A stretch of 39,327 bases of DNA from Chthoniobacteraceae bacterium (lineage in GTDB: Bacteria > Verrucomicrobiota > Verrucomicrobiia > Chthoniobacterales > Chthoniobacteraceae), in NCBI GenBank assembly GCA_031409655.1, contig JANNXQ010000256.1, forward strand, positions 1-39,327. Direction: 5' to 3'. Position 1 is the stretch's first letter. The number at the start of each line of letters is the position of its first letter. A program made the translations under genes and the position numbers. Positions 25,601-34,687 of this stretch are shown here, piece by piece. A model generated the notes under the pieces. It was not told where the DNA came from and did no database searches. It saw only the letters and a list, made by a program, of their open reading frames with translations.

Positions 25601-26143
25601 AATCCGCGCTACACCCCGATCGCCAAACTCCCGGAGCAGGAGCCAAAGAGCACCGTGACGATCGGCGGCGCACTCGTCTCGGTGGAAAAGAAATTCACGA
25701 AGAAAGACTCGAAGCCTTTCGCCGTCGTGGTGCTCGAAGATCTCTCGGCGCAACTGGAGATCATGATCTGGAGCGAGGCCTACACGCGCGCGCAGTCGCA
25801 GCTCGTGCAGGGCAATGTGGTCGCGATCACGGGCCGGCTCGACCTTCGCGAAGAAGGGCCACGCGTCACGGCGGACGAAGTGAAGCCGATCAAGAAGCCG
25901 GCACCTTCGGCCAGCGATCGCCCGGTGGTGCTGACCTTTGAGCGCGCGCGGACCACGGAGGCGGACTTGGTGACCGTGCGCGACATCCTGCGGCAGAGTC
26001 CAGGGCCGCGGCGGGTGGAGTTGTGTTTCGTGGATGAGAAAGGGAGCCGCCTCCGGCTGCTCGCGGCCGAGGATTTTCGCGTCGCTCTCACCGCCGACGC
26101 CGAGACCAGACTCGCCCCCTGGCTGGCCGGGGGCGCCGCCTAG
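22613..26143 (+). CDS. dnaE: DNA polymerase III alpha subunit
   Basis: FVHLHCHTEYS PHP domain, GPGRGSAAGS, PDIDVDF, HAAGVVI, KCDFLGLKTL, FAGYGFNRSH, OB fold. Start at ATG 22613. Confidence 0.97.
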   Translation: MSSDSFVHLHCHTEYSTLDGAVRIAAAMTRAKEYEMPALAITDHGNMFGAIEFYEEGKKAGVKPIIGCEVYVAPESHLKKSANSQRESAFHFTLLAQNDEGYRNLVKLVSIAHLDGMYYKPRIDKELLAQHSAGLIGLSGCLKGEINSAIIEDQLPRAKELTAAYRDILGAENFFLELHNHGMEAQIKCNRVLPSLAKEFGLGLVAANDVHFLDRADHAAHDALICIGTGSNITDEKRMKYVTEVFFKSPAEMRALFAEVPEACDNTLAIAERCELKIDTSAKYPNYTPPAGKTQNQYLREITEEGLRKRYGSKADGEEVQRRYALEIAVLEAQGFVNYFLIVWDFIHWAKQHGIPVGPGRGSAAGSMVAYAMGITDIDPIKFKLLFERFLNPERVSPPDIDVDFCVNRRGEVIEYVRQKYGERAVSQIITFGTLGAKSVIRDVARVLGWAYGDADRVAKMIPNELGITLAGLDKKNKETGEVEHTPGAIDKNPELKKAVETEPATSQLWDIATKLEGLTRGVGVHAAGVVISDRDLSEYIPLTRANDGSIISQYGMNPLTEVGMLKCDFLGLKTLTVITDAVVLIRKHTPDFNIDTIPLDDQRTFDILNRGETTGVFQLESGGMVGVCRQFDIKDIEDINAILALYRPGPMDLIPDYIKRKKGTQKIKYLHPLLAEVCGETYGIFVYQEQVMRAAQVLAGYTLGGADLLRRAMGKKDKEKMAKEREKFVEGAEKLHQIKSDTANEIFDLLDKFAGYGFNRSHSAAYAWISYQTAFLKANYPVEFMSAVMSNEVSNTDKISIFVSECERMGMKILAPDINESGQKFEPGNGPLALAKEPPDAAEAPAKLAIRYGLAAIKNVGEGAMIAAIEERDRGGVFASLNDFCARMDGRKINKKAIECLVKCGAFDFTRTERAQLFSEIDAAMAAAASAHRDKAAGQVSMFDAFETAPPKPTKRSGAPAVTPWTHTEKLGFEKELLGFYVTGHPLDEYRSALANPRYTPIAKLPEQEPKSTVTIGGALVSVEKKFTKKDSKPFAVVVLEDLSAQLEIMIWSEAYTRAQSQLVQGNVVAITGRLDLREEGPRVTADEVKPIKKPAPSASDRPVVLTFERARTTEADLVTVRDILRQSPGPRRVELCFVDEKGSRLRLLAAEDFRVALTADAETRLAPWLAGGAA

Positions 26144-26286
26144 CAGCCTATCGAAAACATTCTGGGGCCTCGGTGGATGGCGTCGCTTCGCGCGCAGCGC
26201 CACTCTGAAAGATGGGCCTGTGGCCAGAGTTCGGCATGGCGCGCGGAGCGACGCCATCCACCGAGGATGCGTTTTTCAACAGGCTG
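26144..26286 (-). mobile_element. IS5-like MITE copy A (degenerate, 143 bp)
   Basis: Follows CTAG 26140-26143. Ends CAGCCTATCGAAAA...TTTTTCAACAGGCTG. Inner IR ctcggtggatggcgtcgct / agcgacgccatccaccgag. Reverse-complement homologue of 34250-34411. Confidence 0.8.
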
Positions 26287-26374
26287 GTCGGCCAGCGATT
26301 CGGAAACGACCGCTGCACTTTCACTCGCCGAGACGCTTGCCACCGCACCAGACGACCCTTTAATACCCGCCACT

Positions 26375-26851
26375 GTGCAACTCACCGACGAACAAAAGCA
26401 AAAAGTCACCGCGTGGATTGCGGACGGCCTCACCCTCGCCACCGTCCAGCAGCGCCTGGCCGAAGAATTCGACATCCGCCTGACCTACATGGAGGCGCGT
26501 TTTCTGGTCGATGACCTCAAGGTCACTCCCGCCGAGACCACTCCCCCGCCGAAGCCCGTCGATCCGACGGCTGCGCCCGCTCTGCCGGAGGCCCCGAGCG
26601 CGCTCCTTTCCCCTGACGCACCACCCGCACCCGCGGGCGGGGTGAATGTCCAAGTCGATGAAATCACCCGTCCCGGTGCGATTGTCAGCGGCAGCGTCAC
26701 TTTCACCGACGGTGGCAAGGCTGCCTGGCAGCTCGACCAGACGGGCCGACTCGGCATGGTGCCGACGGTGGAAGGCTACCGCCCGCCACCGGCCGACATC
26801 CCGGTCTTTCACGCGACTCTCGACCGCGAGTTGCAAAAGCTCGGGTTCTGA
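26375..26851 (+). CDS. Conserved hypothetical protein (N-terminal HTH-like helices, Pro linker, beta domain)
   Basis: GTG start; LTDEQKQKVTAWIADG...LTYMEARFLVDDL; 'VDEITRPGAIVSGSVTFTDG...W.LDQ.GRLG'. The upstream ORF extension is MITE sequence. Confidence 0.7.
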   Translation: MQLTDEQKQKVTAWIADGLTLATVQQRLAEEFDIRLTYMEARFLVDDLKVTPAETTPPPKPVDPTAAPALPEAPSALLSPDAPPAPAGGVNVQVDEITRPGAIVSGSVTFTDGGKAAWQLDQTGRLGMVPTVEGYRPPPADIPVFHATLDRELQKLGF

Positions 26852-26890
26852 CCCGGAAGGGCCAGCGACTCACCGCATCCCAGTAAAACA

Positions 26891-26920
26891 AAAACGCCGG
26901 GAGTTTCCTCCCGGCGTTTT
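26891..26920. terminator. Bidirectional rho-independent terminator
   Basis: aaaacgccgggag-tttc-ctcccggcgtttt between convergent genes. Confidence 0.85.
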
Positions 26921-26942
26921 GTGATTTCAGGAATCGGTTCGC

Positions 26943-27467
26943 TTAGAACACGATGCGAACGCCGAGGCGGGCCTGGGCCTGCTCGATGTCCTCACCCCAA
27001 TAGTAGCGACCTTCGGTGAAGATACCGAGGCCCGGATTTAACCGGAACTCCAGTCCGCCACCAGCGTGGACTTCGGCTTCGGTGCCGTCATTGCCCTGGA
27101 TACCGCCACCCACGAGGGCGTACGGGGCGACACAGACGCTGCCCTCGATCGGGAAGCGGACGATCAGGTTCGCACTGACCGTCCAGATGTTGTCGTCATC
27201 TGCATCGCGGATCGAACCGTCAATTCCCACGCCGAGATTGCGCATGAAAAAGTAGCTGATCCCGATACCGCCGCCGAACCCATCATCATGAGGGCCGTCG
27301 GTCGTCCAGCCATAAAGGCCGAAGACATCGAGTTGCAGTTCTTGATCTTGGAAGCAAGGGACGGCAGCTGCGCCCTTGTAGTCTTTTCCGCTCGCCATCT
27401 GCTGGCCAGCGAACGCGCTCGACGCGATGCTCAGGCACGCGATGAGAGAGAATGCGATTTTCTTCAT
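26943..27467 (-). CDS. Small outer-membrane beta-barrel protein
   Basis: Signal peptide, 'SGKDYK' N-terminal motif, alternating beta strands, 'PYALVGGG', C-terminal Phe (RLGVRIVF). Confidence 0.8.
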   Translation of the reverse strand: MKKIAFSLIACLSIASSAFAGQQMASGKDYKGAAAVPCFQDQELQLDVFGLYGWTTDGPHDDGFGGGIGISYFFMRNLGVGIDGSIRDADDDNIWTVSANLIVRFPIEGSVCVAPYALVGGGIQGNDGTEAEVHAGGGLEFRLNPGLGIFTEGRYYWGEDIEQAQARLGVRIVF

Positions 27468-27789
27468 TGTAGTTATTTACTCCTTGGTTGTTGGTTTCTG
27501 GCCGGGACAGGGATGACCCGGCTTGGGGCGAACGGATAGAGCAGTGCGTAAAGGTGTGTCAAAAGGAAATTATTGCCCACCAACCGCTTCATCCTCTGCC
27601 AGCGGGCCTTTTGCCGCCGGTGCTCGCGGGCTCGATACGACTCGAACAACTTAGCGGAAAGCGCGGCAACAGAACGGAAGCGTCACGCCGCCCGGCCCCG
27701 AACCGCCTCTCCCGACCTCACGAATCCGCCCGGATTTTCCGTTTGTCTTTCAGACTTCGGCCTCTACAGTCGCACTCCCTTTTTTCCCA

Positions 27790-28755
27790 ATGTTCCGCGC
27801 CCAGACTCAACTCAAGATCTTTTGCGGCTCGGCGCATCGCCAACTCGCCCAACGGATCTGCACCTACATGGGCGTGCCTCTCGGGAAAGCCACGGTGGAC
27901 TCCTTCCCCGACGGCGAGACCTTCGTCAAGATCGACGAAAACATCCGCGGGCGCGATGTCTTCATCGTCCAACCGACGTGCCCGCCCACGAATCAGAACT
28001 TGATGGAACTGCTCATCATGGTGGATGCGGCCAAGCGGGCGAGCGCGGCGCGGATCACCGCAGTCCTCCCCTTCTTTGGCTATGCGCGGCAGGATCGGAA
28101 GGATCAGCCCCGCGTCCCGATCACCGCCAAGCTCGTGGCCAATCTGCTCACGGCCGCAGGCATCGACCGCGTGGTCGCCATGGATCTCCACGCCCAGCAG
28201 GTCGCGGGCTTCTTCGATATCCCGGTGGATCACCTTTATGCCGCGCCCGTCATCATCCGGCATCTGCGTTCGCGGAAGTTTGAAAATCCGGTGGTCGTGT
28301 CGCCCGATGTCGGGGGTTTGAAAATGGCGTCCGCTTACGCCCAGGCCATGGATGCCAGCCTCGCCATCGTCGCGAAGCGCCGGATCAGCCCCACGGAAAT
28401 CGAGGCCCAAAATGTCATCGGTGAAGTCGAGGGCCGCGAAGTGATCATCGTGGACGACCTCACGGAGACGGCTGGCACGCTCTGCAGCGCGGCGAAGATT
28501 CTCAAGGAACGCGGCGCCAAGGCGATCATCGCCTGCGTTTCCCATGCGGTGCTCTCCGATCTCGCCATCGAGCGATTGAAGAAATCGGAGATTGCGGAAT
28601 TGATAACGACCAATAGCGTGCCCGTCCGCTCGGGGGACGGCTTTACCATCACTGAACTCTGCATCGCGGAGTTGCTGGGGGAAGCCATCGTCCGCATCCA
28701 CGACGACGAGTCCGTCAGCTCCCTCTTCAGAATCAGCGACAACGACAAAATCTAA
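27790..28755 (+). CDS. prs: Ribose-phosphate pyrophosphokinase
   Basis: FPDGE, YARQDRK, MDLHA, VSPDVGG, VDDLTETAGTL. Confidence 0.97.
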   Translation: MFRAQTQLKIFCGSAHRQLAQRICTYMGVPLGKATVDSFPDGETFVKIDENIRGRDVFIVQPTCPPTNQNLMELLIMVDAAKRASAARITAVLPFFGYARQDRKDQPRVPITAKLVANLLTAAGIDRVVAMDLHAQQVAGFFDIPVDHLYAAPVIIRHLRSRKFENPVVVSPDVGGLKMASAYAQAMDASLAIVAKRRISPTEIEAQNVIGEVEGREVIIVDDLTETAGTLCSAAKILKERGAKAIIACVSHAVLSDLAIERLKKSEIAELITTNSVPVRSGDGFTITELCIAELLGEAIVRIHDDESVSSLFRISDNDKI

Positions 28756-28759
28756 TCCT

Positions 28760-29479
28760 ATGGCTAAACAACAAAAAGTAAGCGCGCAGACCCGGACCCA
28801 AGTGGGTCGTTCTGCGGTCAATCAACTCAAGCGCGAGGGCTTCGTCCCGGCGGTGGTCTATGGAGGCAAGGACAAGCCCCTGCCCCTGAAGGTAAATGCC
28901 CGCGAAATCCAGACGCTCCTAAATCACGCGACCAGCGAGCACGTCCTCGTGGACTTGCACATCGCCGACGGCTCCCAGACTTCGAATCGCCTCGCGCTGA
29001 TCCAAGAAGTGCAGCACGACCCGATCAAGCGCCACATCCTGCACGTCGATTTTCACGCGGTGCGGGAAGATGAAGTGATTCACGCGCAAATCCCCGTCGA
29101 GCCGCATGGCGAACCGGAAGGCGTCAAGAATTTCGGCGGCATTCTCGAGATCGCGCTCCACTCCGTGGAAGTCGAATGTCTGCCCAAAGATCTCCCCGAG
29201 ATCATCCACATCGACGTCTCCAAGCTCAATGTCGGCGAAGCCGTTCATGTGAAGGATCTCGTCCTGCCGGAAGGCGTGACCGTCCGTCACGACGCCGATC
29301 TCACCATCGTCCGCGTTGCCGCGCCGAAGGTCGAAATCGAGCCCACTCCCGCCGCGGATGCCGCTGCGGCCACGGGCCCGGAAGTCCTCAAGGAAAAGAA
29401 GCCTGACGCTGCCGCCGCTGGCGACAAGAAGGCTCCGGACAAGAAGGCTCCCGAAAAGAAGGCTCCCGAAAAGAAGTAG
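28760..29479 (+). CDS. rplY: 50S ribosomal protein L25/Ctc
   Basis: 'G.VPAVVYG', 'EVQHDPIK..ILHVDF', 'GVK.FGG', 'C.PKDLPE.I.IDVS.L'. KKAP-repeat tail. Confidence 0.95.
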   Translation: MAKQQKVSAQTRTQVGRSAVNQLKREGFVPAVVYGGKDKPLPLKVNAREIQTLLNHATSEHVLVDLHIADGSQTSNRLALIQEVQHDPIKRHILHVDFHAVREDEVIHAQIPVEPHGEPEGVKNFGGILEIALHSVEVECLPKDLPEIIHIDVSKLNVGEAVHVKDLVLPEGVTVRHDADLTIVRVAAPKVEIEPTPAADAAAATGPEVLKEKKPDAAAAGDKKAPDKKAPEKKAPEKK

Positions 29480-29590
29480 TCCGCAGACCTTCTCCTGGAG
29501 TGCTGGACTAATGGACGATCGGACTCATGCCTCCTGGCGCTTCGGTGCGCGCCCCGTCCGTCCGCGAGTTCATCCGTCGATCCTCACCTC

Positions 29591-30157
29591 ATGCCCGTCG
29601 CTCCGGTCTTCCGCCTCCTCGTCGGGCTGGGAAATCCCGGCCGCGCCTATCAGGACACCCGGCACAATGTCGGCTTTATGATCCTCGATCGTCTGGCAGC
29701 ACGGGAGCGTGCGACATTTCACAAGGAGAAAAACTGGCAGGCGGAAGTCGCGCGCACCGGCGGCGTGATCCTCTGCAAGCCGCTCACCTATATGAATCTC
29801 AGCGGACAAGCCGCACGGGCGATCAGCGACTTTTATAAGATCGAGCCGTCGGAGGTTCTCGTCGTCCTCGATGACATGGCGCTGCCGCTGGAAAAATTGC
29901 GCCTGCGCGCCAGCGGTTCTTCTGGCGGGCACAATGGCCTCCAATCGATCATCGAGCATTTCGGCACTCCAGCCATCGCCCGGCTACGGGTCGGCATCGG
30001 CGTGGCGCCCGGAGCCGATCAGGCCGTCGGCCACGTGCTCGGATGCTTCAGCGCAGCCGAGCGCAAGCCGCTCGCGGAAAGCCTCGACCGCGCCATCGCC
30101 GCCATCGACTGCACCCAAGCCAACGGCTTTGAAGCCGCCATGAACGCTTACAACTGA
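29591..30157 (+). CDS. pth: Peptidyl-tRNA hydrolase
   Basis: VGLGNPG, TRHNVGF, KPLTYMNLSG, GGHNGL, RLRVGIG. Confidence 0.97.
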   Translation: MPVAPVFRLLVGLGNPGRAYQDTRHNVGFMILDRLAARERATFHKEKNWQAEVARTGGVILCKPLTYMNLSGQAARAISDFYKIEPSEVLVVLDDMALPLEKLRLRASGSSGGHNGLQSIIEHFGTPAIARLRVGIGVAPGADQAVGHVLGCFSAAERKPLAESLDRAIAAIDCTQANGFEAAMNAYN

Positions 30158-30158
30158 C

Positions 30159-30224
30159 ACTCTTTTACTCTTCCTCTTCCTCTCATCGGCGGGAGGAAGA
30201 GGAAGAGGAAGATTAAGAGGAAGA
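30159..30224. repeat. Hexamer (CTCTTC/GAAGAG) inverted-repeat element
   Basis: actcttcctcttcctctc ... gaggaagaggaagaggaagattaagaggaaga. Confidence 0.7.
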
Positions 30225-30264
30225 CAACTTAAACCACCCAACCCATACCAAACCAACACAACGC

Positions 30265-30567
30265 ATGAAAAACCGATACGAGGGCCTGCTTATTCTCAAC
30301 GTCAAAGGCACCGAAGACAGCGCCAAGGAAATCATCGAACGCCTGGAAAAAGACTTCACCAAAGAAGGTGCGAAGATCGAAACCGTGCAGAAGATGGATC
30401 GCCGCCACTTCAGCTACGTCGCCGGGGATCTCGAGAGCGGCTACTACGTGAATTTCATCTTCGAAGCCGCGCCGGAAGCGCTCCCAAAACTGCGCTCGAA
30501 GTTCAAGCTCGACGAAGAAGTCTATCGCCAGAGCTACCTGCGCCTCCCGGCGAAGAAAGCCGCGTAA
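30265..30567 (+). CDS. rpsF: 30S ribosomal protein S6
   Basis: 'RYEGLLIL', 'RRHFSY', 'GYYVNFIF', 'L.EEVYRQ'; located between pth and ssb. Confidence 0.9.
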   Translation: MKNRYEGLLILNVKGTEDSAKEIIERLEKDFTKEGAKIETVQKMDRRHFSYVAGDLESGYYVNFIFEAAPEALPKLRSKFKLDEEVYRQSYLRLPAKKAA

Positions 30568-30603
30568 CCTCCGCCCCAGTCTCCTAACGGAAAGGATCCT
30601 GAG

Positions 30604-31095
30604 ATGCCAAATTTAAATAAAGTCATGCTGATGGGGAACCTCACTCGGGACCCCGAGATGAAGTACACCCCGAAGGGTACGGCCATCGCGAACTTTGGGA
30701 TCGCCGTGAACCGCAACTACTCGACCGAAGGCGGCGAGAAGCGCGAAGAGGTCACCTTCATCGATCTCGAAGCCTTTGGCCGCACCGCGGAGATCATCGG
30801 CGAGTACTTTAAGAAAGGGCGCCCGATCTACGTCGAAGGTCGGCTCAAGCTCGATACTTGGGACGACAAGGCCTCCGGCCAGAAGCGCAGCAAGCTCCGG
30901 GTGGTCGTCGATAGCTTTGAGTTTCTCGGCGGCCGCGAAGGCGGTCCCGGCACCGGTGGTGGTGGTGGTGAGGAAGGTGGCGAGCCTGGTCAAGCCAGTC
31001 GCCCCACCCGTGCGGCAGCCCGTCCGGCCGCGCCACCGCGTCCGGCGGTCGATCCCGATCTCGACACGCCCTCGGAAGACGACATCCCGTTCTGA
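30604..31095 (+). CDS. ssb: Single-stranded DNA-binding protein
   Basis: NKVMLMGNLTRDPE, VEGRL, acidic C-terminus DDIPF. Confidence 0.97.
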   Translation: MPNLNKVMLMGNLTRDPEMKYTPKGTAIANFGIAVNRNYSTEGGEKREEVTFIDLEAFGRTAEIIGEYFKKGRPIYVEGRLKLDTWDDKASGQKRSKLRVVVDSFEFLGGREGGPGTGGGGGEEGGEPGQASRPTRAAARPAAPPRPAVDPDLDTPSEDDIPF

Positions 31096-31107
31096 TCTGG
31101 CGGGCAG

Positions 31108-31353
31108 TTACCGCTCGTTCGGAATCGTGAGCTCGAAAACCGCGCCCTCTTCTCCTTCCTCAGTGCCGAGGCGCGGTTCCAGGTTGAGTTGCTGATAGGC
31201 ATCTTCGAGCGCGGCTGGGTTATTCCGCAACTCGGGGAAATTTACCAGCAAGCGCTGCTTGATCCAGCGCTTGGCGAGTTTCGCTTCGACCGGATGGAGT
31301 TTCGTTTCCGAACGGAAGGCCCGCTTCAAAAATTGGATGAACGCAGATTTCAT
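31108..31353 (-). CDS. Small hypothetical protein (81 aa)
   Basis: Protein-like composition (LAKRWIKQRLLVNFPELRNNPAALEDAYQQLNLE); fills the gap between ssb and the next gene. Confidence 0.6.
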   Translation of the reverse strand: MKSAFIQFLKRAFRSETKLHPVEAKLAKRWIKQRLLVNFPELRNNPAALEDAYQQLNLEPRLGTEEGEEGAVFELTIPNER

Positions 31354-31510
31354 GTCCCCACCTTGACCCGATCATCGCGGAATTCGAGGGTGAAAATTTC
31401 GCACCCTTTCTCCCCCGCACCGGAAACCATCCCGGCATCTCCGCACTCGCGTGGCGCGCGACTTTGCCGCTAATCTTTCGACCGCCTCCCGCTTAAACCT
31501 GAACTTCGTC

Positions 31511-34108
31511 ATGAACTTCCGTCAACTCGTTCCCCTCCTCGCTTTCGTCCTCTCCGCCCACGGTGCTCCCGAGCCCGCGAAAACCGCCGAGTTCCCGCCC
31601 ATGCCGCCGGTGCAGCCGCGCTCGCCGGCGGAGTCGCTGAAGACCATTCAGCTCCCGCCCGGCTATCGCCTCCAGACGGTGCTCGCCGAGCCGGACATCA
31701 AGGAGCCCGTGGCCGCGGCGTTCGATGGCGACGGGCGGATGTTCGTCGTCGAGATGCGCAGCTACATGCAGGACATCGACGGCACCGATGGACACAAGCC
31801 GGTTGGCCGCGTGTCTCTCCATTGGTCCTCGAAAGGCGACGGCGCCTTCGACAAACACACCATCTTTGCCGACAAGCTGCTCATCCCCCGGATGGTCCTC
31901 CCGCTGGACAAAGGCCGCGCCCTCATCGGCGAGACGGACACCAGCGACATCTTCCTCTGGACCGATGCGGACGGCGACGGCGTCGCGGAGAAAAAGGAGA
32001 TCTGGTACGAAGGCGGACCACGCGGCGGCAACATGGAACATCAGCCCAGCGGCCTGATGTGGGCTACGGACAACTGGATTTACACCACCTACAACGCCTA
32101 TCGCTTGCGCTGGACACCGAACGGCGTGCAAAAGGAACCCACCGCGCCAAACGGCGGCCAGTGGGGTGTCTCCCAGGATGACTGGGGCAAGACCTGGTTT
32201 GTCAATGCCGGCGGCGAACGGGGGCCGATCAATTTCCAAACGCCGATCGTCTATGGCGCCTTTAATACGAAGACGCAGTTCGTGAATGACTTCGATGTGG
32301 TCTGGCCGCTGGTTGGCATTCCCGATGTGCAAGGCGGAGACCGTCGCTTCCGCCCGGAAGACAAGACGCTCAATCACTTCACCGCCACCTGCGGCGGCGA
32401 GATCTACCGTGGCGATCGTCTGCCGGCGGACCTGCGCGGCGATCTTTTCTTCGGCGAGCCCGTCGGCCGCCTCGCCCGCCGGACGAAGATCGAAGTGAAA
32501 GACGGCCTCACTTTCCTCAGCAATCCTTACGGCAAATCGGAGTTCATGCGCTCCACCGATCCGCTCTTCCGCCCGATCAATTTCAACAACGCGCCCGACG
32601 GCACCCTCTTCGTCGTCGATATGTATCGCGGCATCATCCAGGAGGGAAACTGGGTGAAGGAAGGCAGCTACCTGCGCAAGGTCGTGCAGCAGTATCAGCT
32701 CGATAAACCCGTGAGCATGGGACGCATCTACCGCCTCGTCCACGACACCACCAAGGTCGGCCCCCAGCCGAAGATGTTCGCCGAGACGCCAGCCCAGCTC
32801 GTCGCCCATCTCGCGCATCCGAATGGCTGGTGGCGCGACACCGCACAAAAGCTCCTCGTGCTGAAACAGGACGCCAGCATCGTGCCCGCGCTCGCCGAGA
32901 TGGCGCGCACCCACGCCGATCCCCTCGCCCGCCTCCACGCCCTCTGGACCCTCGAAGGTCTAAACGCCCTCCCGCCCGCGCTCGTCCGCGAGAAGCTCAA
33001 GGACACCCATCCGCAACTCCGCGTCGCCGCCCTCCGCGTGAGCGAGTCCCTTTACAAAGCCGAAGAAAAATCGCTTGTCCCCGACGTGCTCGCGATGACC
33101 GCCGATGCCGACGCGAATGTCGTCATCCAGTCCATCCTCACCGCCAAGCGGCTCGAACTTCCAGACTGGAAGAAGTCGCTCGCGCTTGTGGCCAACACGA
33201 GCCCCATGGCCGGCGTCAAAGAGATCGGCAGCCAGATCCTGAATCCGCCGGTGCCCGCCTCTTCTCTCAAGAACCTCACCGCTGCGGAGCAAAAACTCTT
33301 TAAGGATGGCGAGAACAGCTACCAGACGCTCTGCTCCGCCTGCCACGGACTCGACGGCAAAGGCATGCCCATGCTCGGCGCCGCGCCCGGTTCGATGCTG
33401 GCTCCCGCACTCGCCGGATCGAAGACCGTCATCGGCTGGCGGGAAGGTCCCATCCATGTGCTCCTGCAAGGCCTCACCGGCGACATCGACGGCAAAAAAT
33501 ACGAAGGCCAGATGATCCCGATGGCGACCAATGACGACGCCTGGATCGCCGGCGTCCTCAGTTACGTGCGCAACTCCTTTGGCAACCGCGCCAGCTTCGT
33601 CAGTCCGCAGGAAGTCGCCCGCCTCCGCGCCTCGACCAAGGATCGCGTCCAACCCTGGACCGTCGCCGAACTCCGCGCCCAACTCCCGCAACCCCTCACC
33701 GAACGCGCCCACTGGAAACTCACCGCCAGCCACGCCGACGGCGATTGCTCGCTGGCCGTCGATGGCAAGGAAGAATCCCGCTACACCACCAAGGTCAGCC
33801 AGACTCCCGGCATGTGGGTGAAAATCGAACTCCCGGCCGAGACCACCATCAGCGGCCTCGAACTCGGATGCGTGAAGTCGCAAAACGACTACCCCCGCGG
33901 CTACACCGTCGAGCTTTCCTCCGACGGCACAAAATGGAGCAAGCCCGTCGCCACCGGCAAAGGCAACGGCCCGCAGACCGTCATTCAGTTCCCCTCCGCC
34001 AAGGCCAAATTCATCCGCATCACCCAAACCGGCGCAGTCAAAGGCAACTTTTGGTCCATCCACGAACTGCAAGTCTTCGCCCCACCCGCCACCTCCGGCG
34101 GCCAGTAG
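31511..34108 (+). CDS. PVC-type membrane-bound dehydrogenase-like protein: beta-propeller, HEAT repeats, c-type cytochrome, F5/8 type C (discoidin) domain
   Basis: Signal peptide; 'LPPGYRL...EP.I.EPVA.AFD.DGRMFVVEM'; 'FRP....APDG.LFVVDMYRGIIQ'; 'LAHPNGWWRDTAQ'; CSACH heme motif; C-terminal discoidin 'W..IEL...YPRGY.VELS.DG.KW'. Confidence 0.85.
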   Translation: MNFRQLVPLLAFVLSAHGAPEPAKTAEFPPMPPVQPRSPAESLKTIQLPPGYRLQTVLAEPDIKEPVAAAFDGDGRMFVVEMRSYMQDIDGTDGHKPVGRVSLHWSSKGDGAFDKHTIFADKLLIPRMVLPLDKGRALIGETDTSDIFLWTDADGDGVAEKKEIWYEGGPRGGNMEHQPSGLMWATDNWIYTTYNAYRLRWTPNGVQKEPTAPNGGQWGVSQDDWGKTWFVNAGGERGPINFQTPIVYGAFNTKTQFVNDFDVVWPLVGIPDVQGGDRRFRPEDKTLNHFTATCGGEIYRGDRLPADLRGDLFFGEPVGRLARRTKIEVKDGLTFLSNPYGKSEFMRSTDPLFRPINFNNAPDGTLFVVDMYRGIIQEGNWVKEGSYLRKVVQQYQLDKPVSMGRIYRLVHDTTKVGPQPKMFAETPAQLVAHLAHPNGWWRDTAQKLLVLKQDASIVPALAEMARTHADPLARLHALWTLEGLNALPPALVREKLKDTHPQLRVAALRVSESLYKAEEKSLVPDVLAMTADADANVVIQSILTAKRLELPDWKKSLALVANTSPMAGVKEIGSQILNPPVPASSLKNLTAAEQKLFKDGENSYQTLCSACHGLDGKGMPMLGAAPGSMLAPALAGSKTVIGWREGPIHVLLQGLTGDIDGKKYEGQMIPMATNDDAWIAGVLSYVRNSFGNRASFVSPQEVARLRASTKDRVQPWTVAELRAQLPQPLTERAHWKLTASHADGDCSLAVDGKEESRYTTKVSQTPGMWVKIELPAETTISGLELGCVKSQNDYPRGYTVELSSDGTKWSKPVATGKGNGPQTVIQFPSAKAKFIRITQTGAVKGNFWSIHELQVFAPPATSGGQ

Positions 34109-34249
34109 TCGCAACGCGCGCGGGACCGAGTTTTCGGGGAGCAGACGCGTCCCGCGTGTGGGTTTCGGCGTCCCGGCGAAACGAACTTGCCTAGATCAAA
34201 AGGAAAACAGGACTCTTCGATCGTCCGCGTGCAAAATGAAAGTCCCTAG

Positions 34250-34411
34250 CAGCCTGTTGAAAAACGCATTCTCGGTGGATGGCGTCTCTCCGCGCGCCAT
34301 GCCAAAGTCTGGCCGCAGGCCCATCTTTCAGAGGGGCGCTGCGCGCGAAGCGAGTCATGGCGCGCGGAGCGCCGCCATCCACCGAGGCGCCAGAGATTTT
34401 TCAACAAGCTG
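34250..34411 (+). mobile_element. IS5-like MITE copy B (162 bp) with CTAG target duplication
   Basis: CTAG (34246-34249) CAGCCTGTTGAAAAA ... TTTTTCAACAAGCTG CTAG (34412-34415). No ORF. Confidence 0.85.
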
Positions 34412-34687
34412 CTAGGCGGCGAGACGCCGCTCCCAGCGCCCGAGGCAGGAGCGCTCGCAGGACTTCGTCTCCAAAGCAGAGCGGCTCGTCCCCGCAGCGC
34501 CTTATAACCCCAATCCCGCTTTCAGGCTAAAAGAAAGATGGGCGGGTGCGGAAGCACTGGGTGGTTGCGGGGCGGTTTCGATCATCGGGCGCGCCGAACC
34601 TTCTCCCCTGCTCTCTCCACCCATCTGTGTAATCCGTGAAATCTGTGGTCTCACCATCCCAGCCATCCCAGTCCATGCGGTGGTGGA

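Noticed and set aside
22613..26143. Intein or split in dnaE
   Set aside because: Normal length (~1176 aa) and continuous motifs, with no intein boundary or LAGLIDADG signature.
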